Shown here: positions 34,081 to 43,167 of the stretch, piece after piece | How the letters are laid out: each line of letters starts with the position of its first letter | Numbering within the stretch: position 1 is the stretch's first letter | Assembly: GCA_041746255.1 (NCBI GenBank) | Contig: JBGTHM010000088.1 | Coordinates: 1-49,355, forward strand | DNA length: 49,355 nucleotides | Direction of reading: 5' to 3' | Source of the DNA: Fibrobacteria bacterium | Lineage (GTDB): Bacteria; Fibrobacterota; Fibrobacteria; UBA11236 | Position numbers and translations under genes: made by a program | The notes under the pieces: generated by a model | Told to the model about the DNA's origin: nothing | Databases searched by the model: none | The model's input: the letters and a program-made list of their open reading frames with translations, nothing else

Positions 34081-35484
34081 TTACTGGTGGACGGATTCGC
34101 CCCTGCTGTCCATGGCCGCTTCCATCACCGCCTCTGAAAGGGTAGGGTGGGCATGCACGGTATGCATGATTTCTTCGAAGGTGGTTTCCAGCTTCATGGC
34201 GATTCCCAATTCGGCCAGCATTTCGGTGGCGTCGTGGCCGATGATATGCGCGCCCAGCAGTCCGCCGTATTTCGCGTCGAAAATGAGTTTGACCATGCCC
34301 TCGGTGTGCCCGGTGGCGCGCGCCTTACCGCTGGCGGAAAAGGGGAAGCGCCCGATTTTGATTTCAAGTTTTTTCTCGCGGCAAACTTTTTCGGTGAGAC
34401 CAATCGAGGCTACCTGGGGTTGGCAATAGGTACAACCGGGAATTTGCCCGTAATCCAATCCATGCCGCGCCTGGCCTGTGATATGGGCTATTGCAACTTC
34501 GGCCTCGGCGGAGGCCTTATGCGCCAGCAGTTGCTTGCCGGCCACGTCTCCGATGGCGTAAATGCCCGCGATATTGGTTTGTTGGAATTCATTTACTTTG
34601 ACGAAACCGCGCTCGTCGAGTTTAACGCCGGCTTTTTCCAGGCCCAGCCCGCTGCTGTTGGGAGTCATGCCCACGGCCACCAGTACTTTGTCGAAGGTTT
34701 CGTTCTGCGTGCGCTTCTCCTTGTCTTCCAGCACCGCTTCAATGACACCTGCCTTTTTCACTTTGGCCTCTTTGACCGAAGTGGAAAGATGGCAATGGAT
34801 ACCCTGCTTGCGAAAGGAATTGAGTAAAAGCTTCGAGGTTTCTTCGTCCTCGACGGGAAGCAATTGCGACATGAATTCGACCAGATGAACTTCGGTACCC
34901 AGACTGTTGTAGAAATAGGCGAATTCGACTCCGATGGCCCCTGCGCCGATGATCAGCAATTTCTTCGGTTGTTTTCGTAAATCCATGGCGTGACGGTAGG
35001 TTACCAGGTTTTCGCCATCGATGGGGAATTGGGGGAAGGTGCGCGGTGAGGCGCCCGTGGCGATGATGATATGGGCGGCTTTGACCGATTCTTTTTTGCC
35101 GTCGGATCCGGTGAGTTCGATAAGACCCTTGGCCAATATTTGCGCGGAGCCTTTGAGAACGGTGACCTTATTTTTTTTCATCAGGAATTGCACGCCGCTG
35201 CTATTGACCTTGGCCACCTCGCGCGAGCGGTCGATTATCTTGGGAAAATTCGCCTTGACCCCCGTAACCGATAGTCCGTATTCCTCCGCATGCTTTAAGT
35301 CTTCGTAGACTTCGGCGCTTTTCAGCAATGCCTTAGTGGGAATACATCCCCAATTGAGACAAATGCCTCCCAATTCGGCTTTTTCAATTAGGGCGACGGA
35401 CTTACCGGCCTGCGCACCCTTGATAGCGGCTACATAACCGCCGGGTCCACTGCCGATGATGGCGATATCGAATTCGTTGGCCAA
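34081..35484 (-). CDS. lpdA: Dihydrolipoamide dehydrogenase (E3)
   Basis: GSGPGGYVAA, GGICLNWGCIPTK, GAGAIGVE, HAHPTLSE. Confidence 0.97.
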   Translation of the reverse strand: MANEFDIAIIGSGPGGYVAAIKGAQAGKSVALIEKAELGGICLNWGCIPTKALLKSAEVYEDLKHAEEYGLSVTGVKANFPKIIDRSREVAKVNSSGVQFLMKKNKVTVLKGSAQILAKGLIELTGSDGKKESVKAAHIIIATGASPRTFPQFPIDGENLVTYRHAMDLRKQPKKLLIIGAGAIGVEFAYFYNSLGTEVHLVEFMSQLLPVEDEETSKLLLNSFRKQGIHCHLSTSVKEAKVKKAGVIEAVLEDKEKRTQNETFDKVLVAVGMTPNSSGLGLEKAGVKLDERGFVKVNEFQQTNIAGIYAIGDVAGKQLLAHKASAEAEVAIAHITGQARHGLDYGQIPGCTYCQPQVASIGLTEKVCREKKLEIKIGRFPFSASGKARATGHTEGMVKLIFDAKYGGLLGAHIIGHDATEMLAELGIAMKLETTFEEIMHTVHAHPTLSEAVMEAAMDSRGESVHQ

Positions 35485-35589
35485 GGTTTCTCCAGTAAGG
35501 CAGGCGGTGTTTTAAGATAAGGTTGAAAGGCGGGGGAGGGCGGGGCATTAAAAGCCGCAGGGCCACTCCCTCGCCTTTCGGGAAATTAC

Positions 35590-36975
35590 TCAGAGCATCA
35601 GACAGGCCGGGTTTTCCAGGATTTCTTTGAGTCCGGCTACGAATTGCGCGCCCAGGGCTCCGTCCACCACCCGGTGGTCGGCGGTTAGGGTCACTTTCAT
35701 GAAAGACCGCTCCAGAATGGCATCGCCGTCTTTGTAGAGTTCGCTTTGCATACCACTGACCGCCAGAATACCGGCTTGGGGCGGATTGATGATGGCGGTG
35801 AATTCGTCCACCCCAAACATGCCCAAATTGGAAACGGTGAAAGTACCGCCCTGGTATTCGTCCGGCGCCAGACGGCCTTGCTTGGCTTTGGCGGCAAGGG
35901 CCTTGATTTCCTGGGAGATGACGCCCAGTCCTTTGGTATCGACATTACGCACGATGGGAGTGATGAGTCCGCCTTCAATGGAAACCGCGATACAAATATC
36001 GATGTCGGCATGTTGCCGGATATAATCGCCGTGATAGGTCGAATTAACCTGTGGGAAGCGGCGTAAGGCGAATGCCACGCCTTTCACCACCAAGTCGTTC
36101 ACGCTGATTTTATAACCGGGAGTTTTGTTGAGTTGCGAGCGCAGTTCGTTCAGCCCCTCGGTAAAGACCTTCATGGTGACGTAGAAAACCGGCGTGCCTT
36201 GGGTTGAATCCAGTAAGCGGCGACCGATGGTCTTGCGCATTTGCGTCAGGGTGATATCGCTAGTGGGCGCGACGGGAGCCAGGGAGCCGTAAAGCGGTTG
36301 TTGCTTGGTTTCGGGATGCGATGGAGCCGGCGCCGATTTAGGCCGTCCGGAAGGTTGATAGGATTCGACATCCTTTTTGACGACTCGACCCATGGGGCCG
36401 CTGCCTTGCAACTCTTCCAGGGGAATGCCTTTTTCCTCAGCCATTTTCCGGGCCAGGGGTGAAACGCGCAGACGTCCGTCCCCACCATCTTGATGGGACG
36501 TGGAAGGGGTGATTTTACCGCCGGATTGGGCTTGAGTTCCGGTAAGGGCTACGTCTTGTTGAGGAGAACTCTTGGATCCCAGGTTACTCTGGGCCGCTAC
36601 GGTTTCCGGTTTGGGGTTGCTCTGCGATGGTTTGCTTTCACCGGCTTTTCCGGACGGAGATGCGGAGCCGCTTTGCTGCAACAGGGCTTTGTCTTTTTCT
36701 TTGGCCTTTTCCAAGAAGGCATCGATATTTTCGTCTTTGTCGTCGGACAAAACCGCAATGAGCTGGTTCACCTTGGCGGGGGTGCCATCGGGTATCACGA
36801 TTTTACGCACATATCCGTCATCGAAGCTTTCGTAATCGACGGTGGTTTTATCCGTTTCCACGCTGCAGAGCAGGGTGCCGGGTTTGACCTTATCGCCCTC
36901 TTTCACGAGCCATTTAGCCAGCACGCCCTCTTCCATGGTGGGGCTCAGGCTGGGCATAAAAACGCTTGTCGGCAT
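35590..36975 (-). CDS. pdhC: Pyruvate dehydrogenase E2 dihydrolipoamide acetyltransferase
   Basis: MPSLSPTMEEG, lipoyl site VETDK, E3-binding SPLARK..GSGP.GR, GGTFTVSNLGMFG, DHRVVDG. Confidence 0.96.
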   Translation of the reverse strand: MPTSVFMPSLSPTMEEGVLAKWLVKEGDKVKPGTLLCSVETDKTTVDYESFDDGYVRKIVIPDGTPAKVNQLIAVLSDDKDENIDAFLEKAKEKDKALLQQSGSASPSGKAGESKPSQSNPKPETVAAQSNLGSKSSPQQDVALTGTQAQSGGKITPSTSHQDGGDGRLRVSPLARKMAEEKGIPLEELQGSGPMGRVVKKDVESYQPSGRPKSAPAPSHPETKQQPLYGSLAPVAPTSDITLTQMRKTIGRRLLDSTQGTPVFYVTMKVFTEGLNELRSQLNKTPGYKISVNDLVVKGVAFALRRFPQVNSTYHGDYIRQHADIDICIAVSIEGGLITPIVRNVDTKGLGVISQEIKALAAKAKQGRLAPDEYQGGTFTVSNLGMFGVDEFTAIINPPQAGILAVSGMQSELYKDGDAILERSFMKVTLTADHRVVDGALGAQFVAGLKEILENPACLML

Positions 36976-37017
36976 CTGTTTCTCCGTTTAATTCAATAAC
37001 TTATGAGAATTTAGCAA

Positions 37018-37998
37018 TTAAACCCTGTAACAAACCTGCTCCGCCGCTTTGACGATTTTCGCCACGGATGGAAGCGTGGCGGCTTCCAGATTGGCGGCAT
37101 AGGGCATGGGATTTTCGCTTTGGGTGACACGGACAATCGGACCATCGAGATAGTCGAACAAATTGGAATAAATATCGTAAGCGATTTGGGCGCCGGCGCC
37201 GGCGTAAAAATGCCCCTCTTCCACGATGACCACGCGGTTGGTTTTTTTTACGGACTCGGCAATCAACGCCATGTCCAAAGGCTTTAAAGTGCGGGGATCG
37301 ATGATTTCGGCGTCGATTTCGTTATGGGATAATTCGTCGGCGGCCTTACGAGCCAAGCCCAGCATGCGCGACCAGGCGATAATAGTGACATCCGAACCCG
37401 GCCTTTTGATATCGCCCTTGCCGATGGGAATCACATAGTCCTCGTCGGGAACTTCTTCTTTCTGGCTATAATTGAGTTCATTCTCCAGAAAGATTACCGG
37501 ATCGTTGCAACGGATAGCCGCCTTGAGCATTCCCTTGGCGTCGTACCCGCCGGAGGGGCTCATTACATGCATTCCGGGGAATTGGGCGAAGATGGATTCC
37601 ATGTTGTGGGAATGTTGAGAAGAGACCCGGGGACCGGCGCCGTTGGGGCCGCGGAAGACGATAGGCACGTTATAGAGGCCGCCCGACATGTAATACATCT
37701 TGCAGGCATTGGAAACGATTTGGTCCATGGCAACCAAAGAGAAGTTGAAGCTCATGAATTCGACCACGGGGCGAAGGCCCATCATGGCGGCGCCGATGGC
37801 GAGTCCGGAAAATCCCGCTTCAGAAATGGGAGTGTCGATCACGCGTTTGGGTCCGAAGGTATCCAGTAGTCCCTTCGTCACCTTATAGGCGCCATTGTAT
37901 TCGGCGACTTCTTCGCCTAATATGAAAACCTTTTCGTCGCGTTTCATTTCGTCGCGCAGCGCCTGATTCAGCGCTTCACGCATTTCAATAACGGCCAT
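37018..37998 (-). CDS. pdhB: Pyruvate dehydrogenase E1 beta subunit
   Basis: GEEVAEYNGAYKVT, DTPISEAGF, VFRGPNG, DPVIFLENE. Confidence 0.96.
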   Translation of the reverse strand: MAVIEMREALNQALRDEMKRDEKVFILGEEVAEYNGAYKVTKGLLDTFGPKRVIDTPISEAGFSGLAIGAAMMGLRPVVEFMSFNFSLVAMDQIVSNACKMYYMSGGLYNVPIVFRGPNGAGPRVSSQHSHNMESIFAQFPGMHVMSPSGGYDAKGMLKAAIRCNDPVIFLENELNYSQKEEVPDEDYVIPIGKGDIKRPGSDVTIIAWSRMLGLARKAADELSHNEIDAEIIDPRTLKPLDMALIAESVKKTNRVVIVEEGHFYAGAGAQIAYDIYSNLFDYLDGPIVRVTQSENPMPYAANLEAATLPSVAKIVKAAEQVCYRV

Positions 37999-38996
37999 TA
38001 TTCACCCACCTCGTCGAAATAAACGTGTTGGGTGAGCTCTTCCAGCGGCGGTTCGGGGCTGTCGTCCGCGAATTCAACCGCCTCCTGAACGTAGGCTTTC
38101 ACCTTTTTCTGCAATTCTTTCAATCCTTCTTCGGTCAGCATTTTGTTCTCGATCATTTCCTGGCTGACATGCACGATGGGGTCCTTTTGTCTGTAGGCCT
38201 CGACCTCTTCCTTGCTGCGGTAGAGACCGGCATCCGAAACCGAATGTCCGAAGTATCGATAGGTTTTCATGTGGATAAGCACCGGGCGGCGTGTGGCCCT
38301 GACTTCGGCTACGATATCCTTCATTTTGGAATGCACCTCGAAGAAGTCCATGCCGTTGATGGTGTAGCCTTTGATACCATAGGCATCGGCTTTGGAAGCG
38401 ATGTCGGTATTGGCGATGGCCCGGGTGTTCGCTGTACCCATGCCATATTGGTTGTCTTCGCAAATGAAAACAACGGGGAGATCCCAAAGCGCGGCCAGAT
38501 TCATGGTTTCGTGGAAGGTGCCCTGGGGAACCGCGCCGTCGCCGAAGAAAGTGAAGCTGACGGCGTTGTCTTCTTCATAGTTGGATTTGAAGGCGGCGCC
38601 GATACCGATGCCGAATTGCCCGCCGACTATGCCATGGCCGCCCAGGAAATTATGCTCTTTGGAAAAGAAATGCATGGAACCGCCCTTGCCTCGGGCGCAT
38701 CCCGTGACTTTGCCGAAAAGCTCCGCCATGCCCTCGTGCGGCCGCATACCCAGGGTCAAGCCGATGCCGTGGCAACGATAGGTGGTAACGGCCGAATCCT
38801 GCGGAAGCTTGTGATCGAGAACCCCGACCGCTATGGCTTCCTGGCCGATGTAGGTATGCAAAAAACCGGCGATTTTTCTTTGTTGATTCGCCTTGATGCT
38901 GGCTTCTTCGAATGCGCGGATAAGCATCATCTTCTCCAACGCAACCAACAATTTCTCCTTGGAAAGGAGATGGGATTTCTTTTTGACGCCTTCCAT
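37998..38996 (-). CDS. pdhA: Pyruvate dehydrogenase E1 alpha subunit
   Basis: GFLH.YIGQEA, GKGGSMH, TPP motif GDGA..N, TYRY.GHS.SD. Confidence 0.96.
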   Translation of the reverse strand: MEGVKKKSHLLSKEKLLVALEKMMLIRAFEEASIKANQQRKIAGFLHTYIGQEAIAVGVLDHKLPQDSAVTTYRCHGIGLTLGMRPHEGMAELFGKVTGCARGKGGSMHFFSKEHNFLGGHGIVGGQFGIGIGAAFKSNYEEDNAVSFTFFGDGAVPQGTFHETMNLAALWDLPVVFICEDNQYGMGTANTRAIANTDIASKADAYGIKGYTINGMDFFEVHSKMKDIVAEVRATRRPVLIHMKTYRYFGHSVSDAGLYRSKEEVEAYRQKDPIVHVSQEMIENKMLTEEGLKELQKKVKAYVQEAVEFADDSPEPPLEELTQHVYFDEVGE

Positions 38997-39281
38997 TATG
39001 CTCCGTATGGGTTGCTTGCGTAAGCGACCGTGATTCGCGCGCGGTTAAAGGTGAATGAACCGGCGGATTTGCGGAATGAGCCCTTGATTCGGCCACTTTT
39101 TCGCGCAATTCTGAAGTTAAAATCTAATAATAAATCCTTGAAAATCAGCTATAAACTGGAGTCGGACTCAAGGGAGTGGAAAGAGACAAGGATTTCGGAC
39201 CAGGTGTTGGAGCTGGAAGCGGCTGCAAGCCGGAAATCCGTAATTGTTTTTATATAAAGGTGCTTATACATTGGAGAAGTC

Positions 39282-39758
39282 ATGAGCGAAATAGAGGATA
39301 TGTCTGCGGTCGGAAAAATTCCTTCCGGGCTATTTATTATTACGGCCACTCAGGGGGAAGGTATAGATGGGTATTTGGGTTCTTGGATTCAGCAGGCATC
39401 CTTCAAACCTCTATTACTGACTATGGCCATTAAATCCGGCCGGCCCTGCTACGATTTTATCCAAGCGCACGGTCGGTTTTGCATTCACGTGGTGGGGCAA
39501 AAGAATAACGGCCTGATGAAGCCCTTTTGGAAAGGTTATGATCCGGAAAACAACCCTTTTGCGGGTCTGGAACATTTTCGCAGTGAAAGCGGAAATGTGA
39601 TTTTAAAGGACGCCCTCGCGGCCTTCGAGTGTAAAAAGGTGGACTCCTATAAACCCGGAGATCATGAGTTGATTATAGCCGAGGTGCAGTATTGTCATCT
39701 GTTGAACCCTGAGGATAAACCGCTGACCCATGTGCGTAAATCTGGGCTGGATTATTAA
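39282..39758 (+). CDS. Flavin reductase (DIM6/NTAB) family protein
   Basis: GKIPSGLFIIT, SWIQQASF.P, GDHELII, HVRKSGLDY. Confidence 0.88.
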   Translation: MSEIEDMSAVGKIPSGLFIITATQGEGIDGYLGSWIQQASFKPLLLTMAIKSGRPCYDFIQAHGRFCIHVVGQKNNGLMKPFWKGYDPENNPFAGLEHFRSESGNVILKDALAAFECKKVDSYKPGDHELIIAEVQYCHLLNPEDKPLTHVRKSGLDY

Positions 39759-39760
39759 CG

Positions 39761-41329
39761 TTAAACGCCCCTCGTCGAGCCAGGAAAAACCGCAGCGGTA
39801 ATCGCGAGCTTGCGCGATTCTGTCCAAGCCTCCGCGCGGGCATAAATCAGCGAAGAGGGTAGGGGTATGGCCTCGGCAAACTCGAAAGTCCCGGGTTCCC
39901 AAGAGTTTAATACGCTTTCGCGTTTATCGCCGGATCGGGCTCCGAAAAGGTGGATTTTCGAAAATTTTGAGAATTCAGAAATCGTTTTTCCATAAAGCTT
40001 TAGGGTATTTTCCTCAAGTTTAAGGTTAAGGAATGGCCCGTCCGTGCAGGTTATTTCACCCTCTCTGAAACCCTTTTGTATTCCCGAAATGGAATTGTTG
40101 TCGGCTCTTACCACCGTTCGTACTTTTCCAAATACATGGTTTCGCCCTTGATAAAGCGAAACCAAGGGGATTTTAACCCCAGTATTTCGATTTAAATCGC
40201 CATGTGCATCATTGGCGGCGATGGGAAGTAAATGGCGTCCCCGGAGAAGCTGCTGCACCCAAAACGCGCGGCCTTCGGAAAAATCCCGACCGCGGCTTCC
40301 GTTCCAAAATTGCAACCCCCCAATCCGATGCCCCAGTTCCGAATCTTCCAAATCCTTCTCATGCCATCGGCCCCGGCGAAATATCAACTTTTCCAATAAA
40401 CCTACCCTTACGCGTGGGTGGGCCGCAAAACCGGGAAGACTGTCCAGCCGATTCAGAACATCTGAGATTTCCAAATCGGGGCGATTGTTCAACCAACGTC
40501 GTCCGCCATCACCCAGACCCGGGATGAATTCAGCATGCCCCGGCACCAATAAGTGCACATTTTCGCCGAGATGGTTGCCGCAGGAAACCTCTTCGCCGGG
40601 AATGAGGGTAGGGGCTAGTGCCTCCTTCCGCGCATTCAAGCGTAGAGCTGCTTGTCGATAAGCCTGGAAATTGGCCTCGGGATCAACTCGCTCCATATAG
40701 CGACGACGGTTATAGTAAAAGTCATAAGAGTGGTCGGTGACGCAGACGAATCCCAATCCCAGGCTGGCGCCGGCTTCCTGCAGTACCTGCAGGGGGGCCC
40801 CGTATTCCACCGGATCGTTGGAATAGTCGGAGTGACAATGCATTTCCCCGGCATACCAGCCGCTAGGGTAGGGCAAGGCCGCCTCGAGTCTTAAAATGTG
40901 CAATGGCGGAGCGGTGAGTCCGGGCAGGTTGGCGTTCAGGAATTCACGGGATTTACCTCGGGCGTTTTCCACCCGGATGCGGGCGTTCACCTTGAAAAGC
41001 CCTGGCTGGTCGGGCCAGTTTATGGAAAGGGGCGTAAAAGACAGGTTCTCTTCCATGGAGCGGTCAAAATCGAGCTCCTGCTTTAGGATTTTCCCGGAAA
41101 ATTGCAGGGAAATTTGCATAGAGCGGATTTTAACGGGGAAATAATCCGCGTCCTTAACCACCAGATAAACCGGGGGCGTTTGACCGGGAACGGCTAAAGA
41201 AGGCGCATCGATAAAGATTTCGGGCCAAGGCCGAAAAAGGGGAGACCAGGGGAGACGAAACTTGTAATGGGTCTCGGCATATTGGGAGCGGAAGGGGAAG
41301 ATTGGGATCATTCCCCTAGAAATTAGCAT
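39761..41329 (-). CDS. PHP-domain metallohydrolase (CehA/McbA-like)
   Basis: GEMHCHSDYS, VTDHS, GEEVS, HLL, AAHP, ANDAH, TDGP. Confidence 0.78.
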   Translation of the reverse strand: MLISRGMIPIFPFRSQYAETHYKFRLPWSPLFRPWPEIFIDAPSLAVPGQTPPVYLVVKDADYFPVKIRSMQISLQFSGKILKQELDFDRSMEENLSFTPLSINWPDQPGLFKVNARIRVENARGKSREFLNANLPGLTAPPLHILRLEAALPYPSGWYAGEMHCHSDYSNDPVEYGAPLQVLQEAGASLGLGFVCVTDHSYDFYYNRRRYMERVDPEANFQAYRQAALRLNARKEALAPTLIPGEEVSCGNHLGENVHLLVPGHAEFIPGLGDGGRRWLNNRPDLEISDVLNRLDSLPGFAAHPRVRVGLLEKLIFRRGRWHEKDLEDSELGHRIGGLQFWNGSRGRDFSEGRAFWVQQLLRGRHLLPIAANDAHGDLNRNTGVKIPLVSLYQGRNHVFGKVRTVVRADNNSISGIQKGFREGEITCTDGPFLNLKLEENTLKLYGKTISEFSKFSKIHLFGARSGDKRESVLNSWEPGTFEFAEAIPLPSSLIYARAEAWTESRKLAITAAVFPGSTRGV

Positions 41330-41330
41330 T

Positions 41331-41543
41331 TCAGGGAGCTTCCAGCGACCGGGAGGTATTTCCGGTGCGGTCTCTTTCCAATTGCTCGCGCCAATAGGAA
41401 TCCTTGTATTGGCGGCAGGCCAGGCGAATCATATCCGCAACGCTTACCGCCTTCCCGGTTCGTCTTCTCTCGCTTACGGCAATAGCCTCCATATCCAGAT
41501 ATTCCTGTCCCATATAAATGTTCCGTCTGCGGGCTTTTTCCAT
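41331..41543 (-). CDS. Small putative ribbon-helix-helix DNA-binding protein
   Basis: N-terminal strand RRNIYM, a helix, then SVADMIRLAC helix; RBS GAAGG; abuts the PHP gene. Confidence 0.6.
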   Translation of the reverse strand: MEKARRRNIYMGQEYLDMEAIAVSERRRTGKAVSVADMIRLACRQYKDSYWREQLERDRTGNTSRSLEAP

Positions 41544-41721
41544 TTACTGCCGACCTTCGTTTTATTTATGCCTGAGCTGACACGCCAGTCATCTTTTCTT
41601 GCGATTCGATATGCATAGCATACATCAGTGGCATCACATACACAAGTAATTAAGAAGTTTAGGCGCAGGTTCTGAGCTTTGATGCTAGTGCCAAGCGGGT
41701 GATTTCAAGAGATACCCCAAC

Positions 41722-41891
41722 CTATCCACAGGATATTCACAGATTCCAGGGATCACTTTTTACTTAGTTTACATAATATATCTTATGCGAATAATAAAAT
41801 GACGTGAAATTGAAGCGGAAAATGGAGTATCGGTAACTACCCAATTTGGAAAAGGTGATAACTATACACAACATCACCCTGTTGTGTATAA
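41722..41891. promoter_or_regulatory. Cluster of DnaA-box-like 9-mers around dif
   Basis: CTATCCACA 41722, ATATTCACA 41733, CTATACACA 41862 and a perfect TTATACACA on the minus strand at 41883-41891. The last two lie in a 10-bp inverted repeat. Confidence 0.45.
41766..41793 (-). other. dif chromosome dimer resolution site (XerC/XerD)
   Basis: Minus strand reads TATTCGCATAA-GATATA-TTATGTAAACT: 11-6-11 architecture, an XerC-type arm (CGCATAA) and an XerD-type arm (TTATGTAAACT), in an AT-rich intergenic region. Confidence 0.85.
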
Positions 41892-41892
41892 A

Positions 41893-43167
41893 TTAGGCTC
41901 CAATTTGATTTTCCAACTGCTTCTGGATAAGGGTTTTGCGCTGGGCACCGATCTCTTCCAGAGTGCCCAGGGCCCGGGCGGCAATCTCCAAAAATCGCGT
42001 ATTCTGGTCTTTTGGGCTGGCACTCAACAGTTCCAATACCGGGGCTTGGCTGAAATATTCGGTCATGCAGTCCTCAATGTGGATGCTTTTCATTTTCTGA
42101 AGCCTACTGAGTAAGTCGCCGAAAACCAATTCCAAGCGCTCCTGAAATTGATCTTTGTCCTTGGCATTCAGCTCCAGCAAGGAAATTAGACTGGATAAGG
42201 CATTGAAGATGTAATGTCGCCTCTCCTTGGGTACTCCCGGAAGGTAGAGGTATTCAGCGATGACTTCTCCCGCCGGGGTTTTTGCGAATGAGCGTGCGCA
42301 TTGCTCCCGGGAAGGGGCATTGCCTTGCAAATCGAGGGCAATCGTCAATAATTGGGTAGGGTCCCAGGTTTCCGCATCCATGTTTTCGCTCTCCTCTTCC
42401 TGGTATTCGGGGTTTCGAAAAAACACGGTTTCCGTCGGTTTCCGGGTAAGTATGGGCATTTCCCCGGTTTTAAACTCGGGACTAGGTCCCAGGGAGTCCC
42501 TCCTGGTTTCCGCTTCCGTTTTGGAAATGGGGTTTGGAGCCGCCTTTGGCGAAGCGGGTTTATTGGTAGACGAAAAATCCGCCACGGCCGCCGCGGGCTC
42601 CGTGGCCGCCAGGGCTGCGTTATCCGGTAATTCCGCTACGATTTCGTAAAGCCCATTGAGGATATGCCGTTTATTCTTGTCGATTTCCGTTCGAAGGTTT
42701 TCCTCAATGAATCGAAGTTCTTCCTCCTTTTTGATCAGCTTTTCGGTTTCTTTGGCTAAAGTCCTTAATTTGCTCTGCGATTCCATCAAATTGCGCTTTA
42801 CTTCGGCAAGCTCCTGGTTTTTTGATCGATGCTCCTCCATCATTTTGCGGGTATCTTCGGAGAGCCGGTTGATATTCCCCTCTTTTTCGCGTGATACGTC
42901 CAGGCGCTGTTGATAATGATCGATGATTAACGCCAGAGTTTCATCCCGCTCCTCTTTGGTGCCCTGAAGTTTTTTCAACTCCAGCAGGGCCATTTCGCAT
43001 AATTCCTTTTCACGCTTCACAATGGCTTCCGTTGCGCCGTAAAATTCACCCTGCTGGTTACTCTGATAGGCAGCGGTTAGCGCATGGAATATTTTGTTTT
43101 CCTGAAGCTTCGGTTGCACCATATCGCTTTTGCGGGTAATAAAGCTCCAATCCTGCGATGTTTTCAT
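41893..43167 (-). CDS. Hypothetical coiled-coil protein
   Basis: 424-aa ORF with a long Glu/Lys/Leu heptad-like N-terminal half and a low-complexity linker; ATGA overlap with the TPR gene. Confidence 0.75.
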   Translation of the reverse strand: MKTSQDWSFITRKSDMVQPKLQENKIFHALTAAYQSNQQGEFYGATEAIVKREKELCEMALLELKKLQGTKEERDETLALIIDHYQQRLDVSREKEGNINRLSEDTRKMMEEHRSKNQELAEVKRNLMESQSKLRTLAKETEKLIKKEEELRFIEENLRTEIDKNKRHILNGLYEIVAELPDNAALAATEPAAAVADFSSTNKPASPKAAPNPISKTEAETRRDSLGPSPEFKTGEMPILTRKPTETVFFRNPEYQEEESENMDAETWDPTQLLTIALDLQGNAPSREQCARSFAKTPAGEVIAEYLYLPGVPKERRHYIFNALSSLISLLELNAKDKDQFQERLELVFGDLLSRLQKMKSIHIEDCMTEYFSQAPVLELLSASPKDQNTRFLEIAARALGTLEEIGAQRKTLIQKQLENQIGA

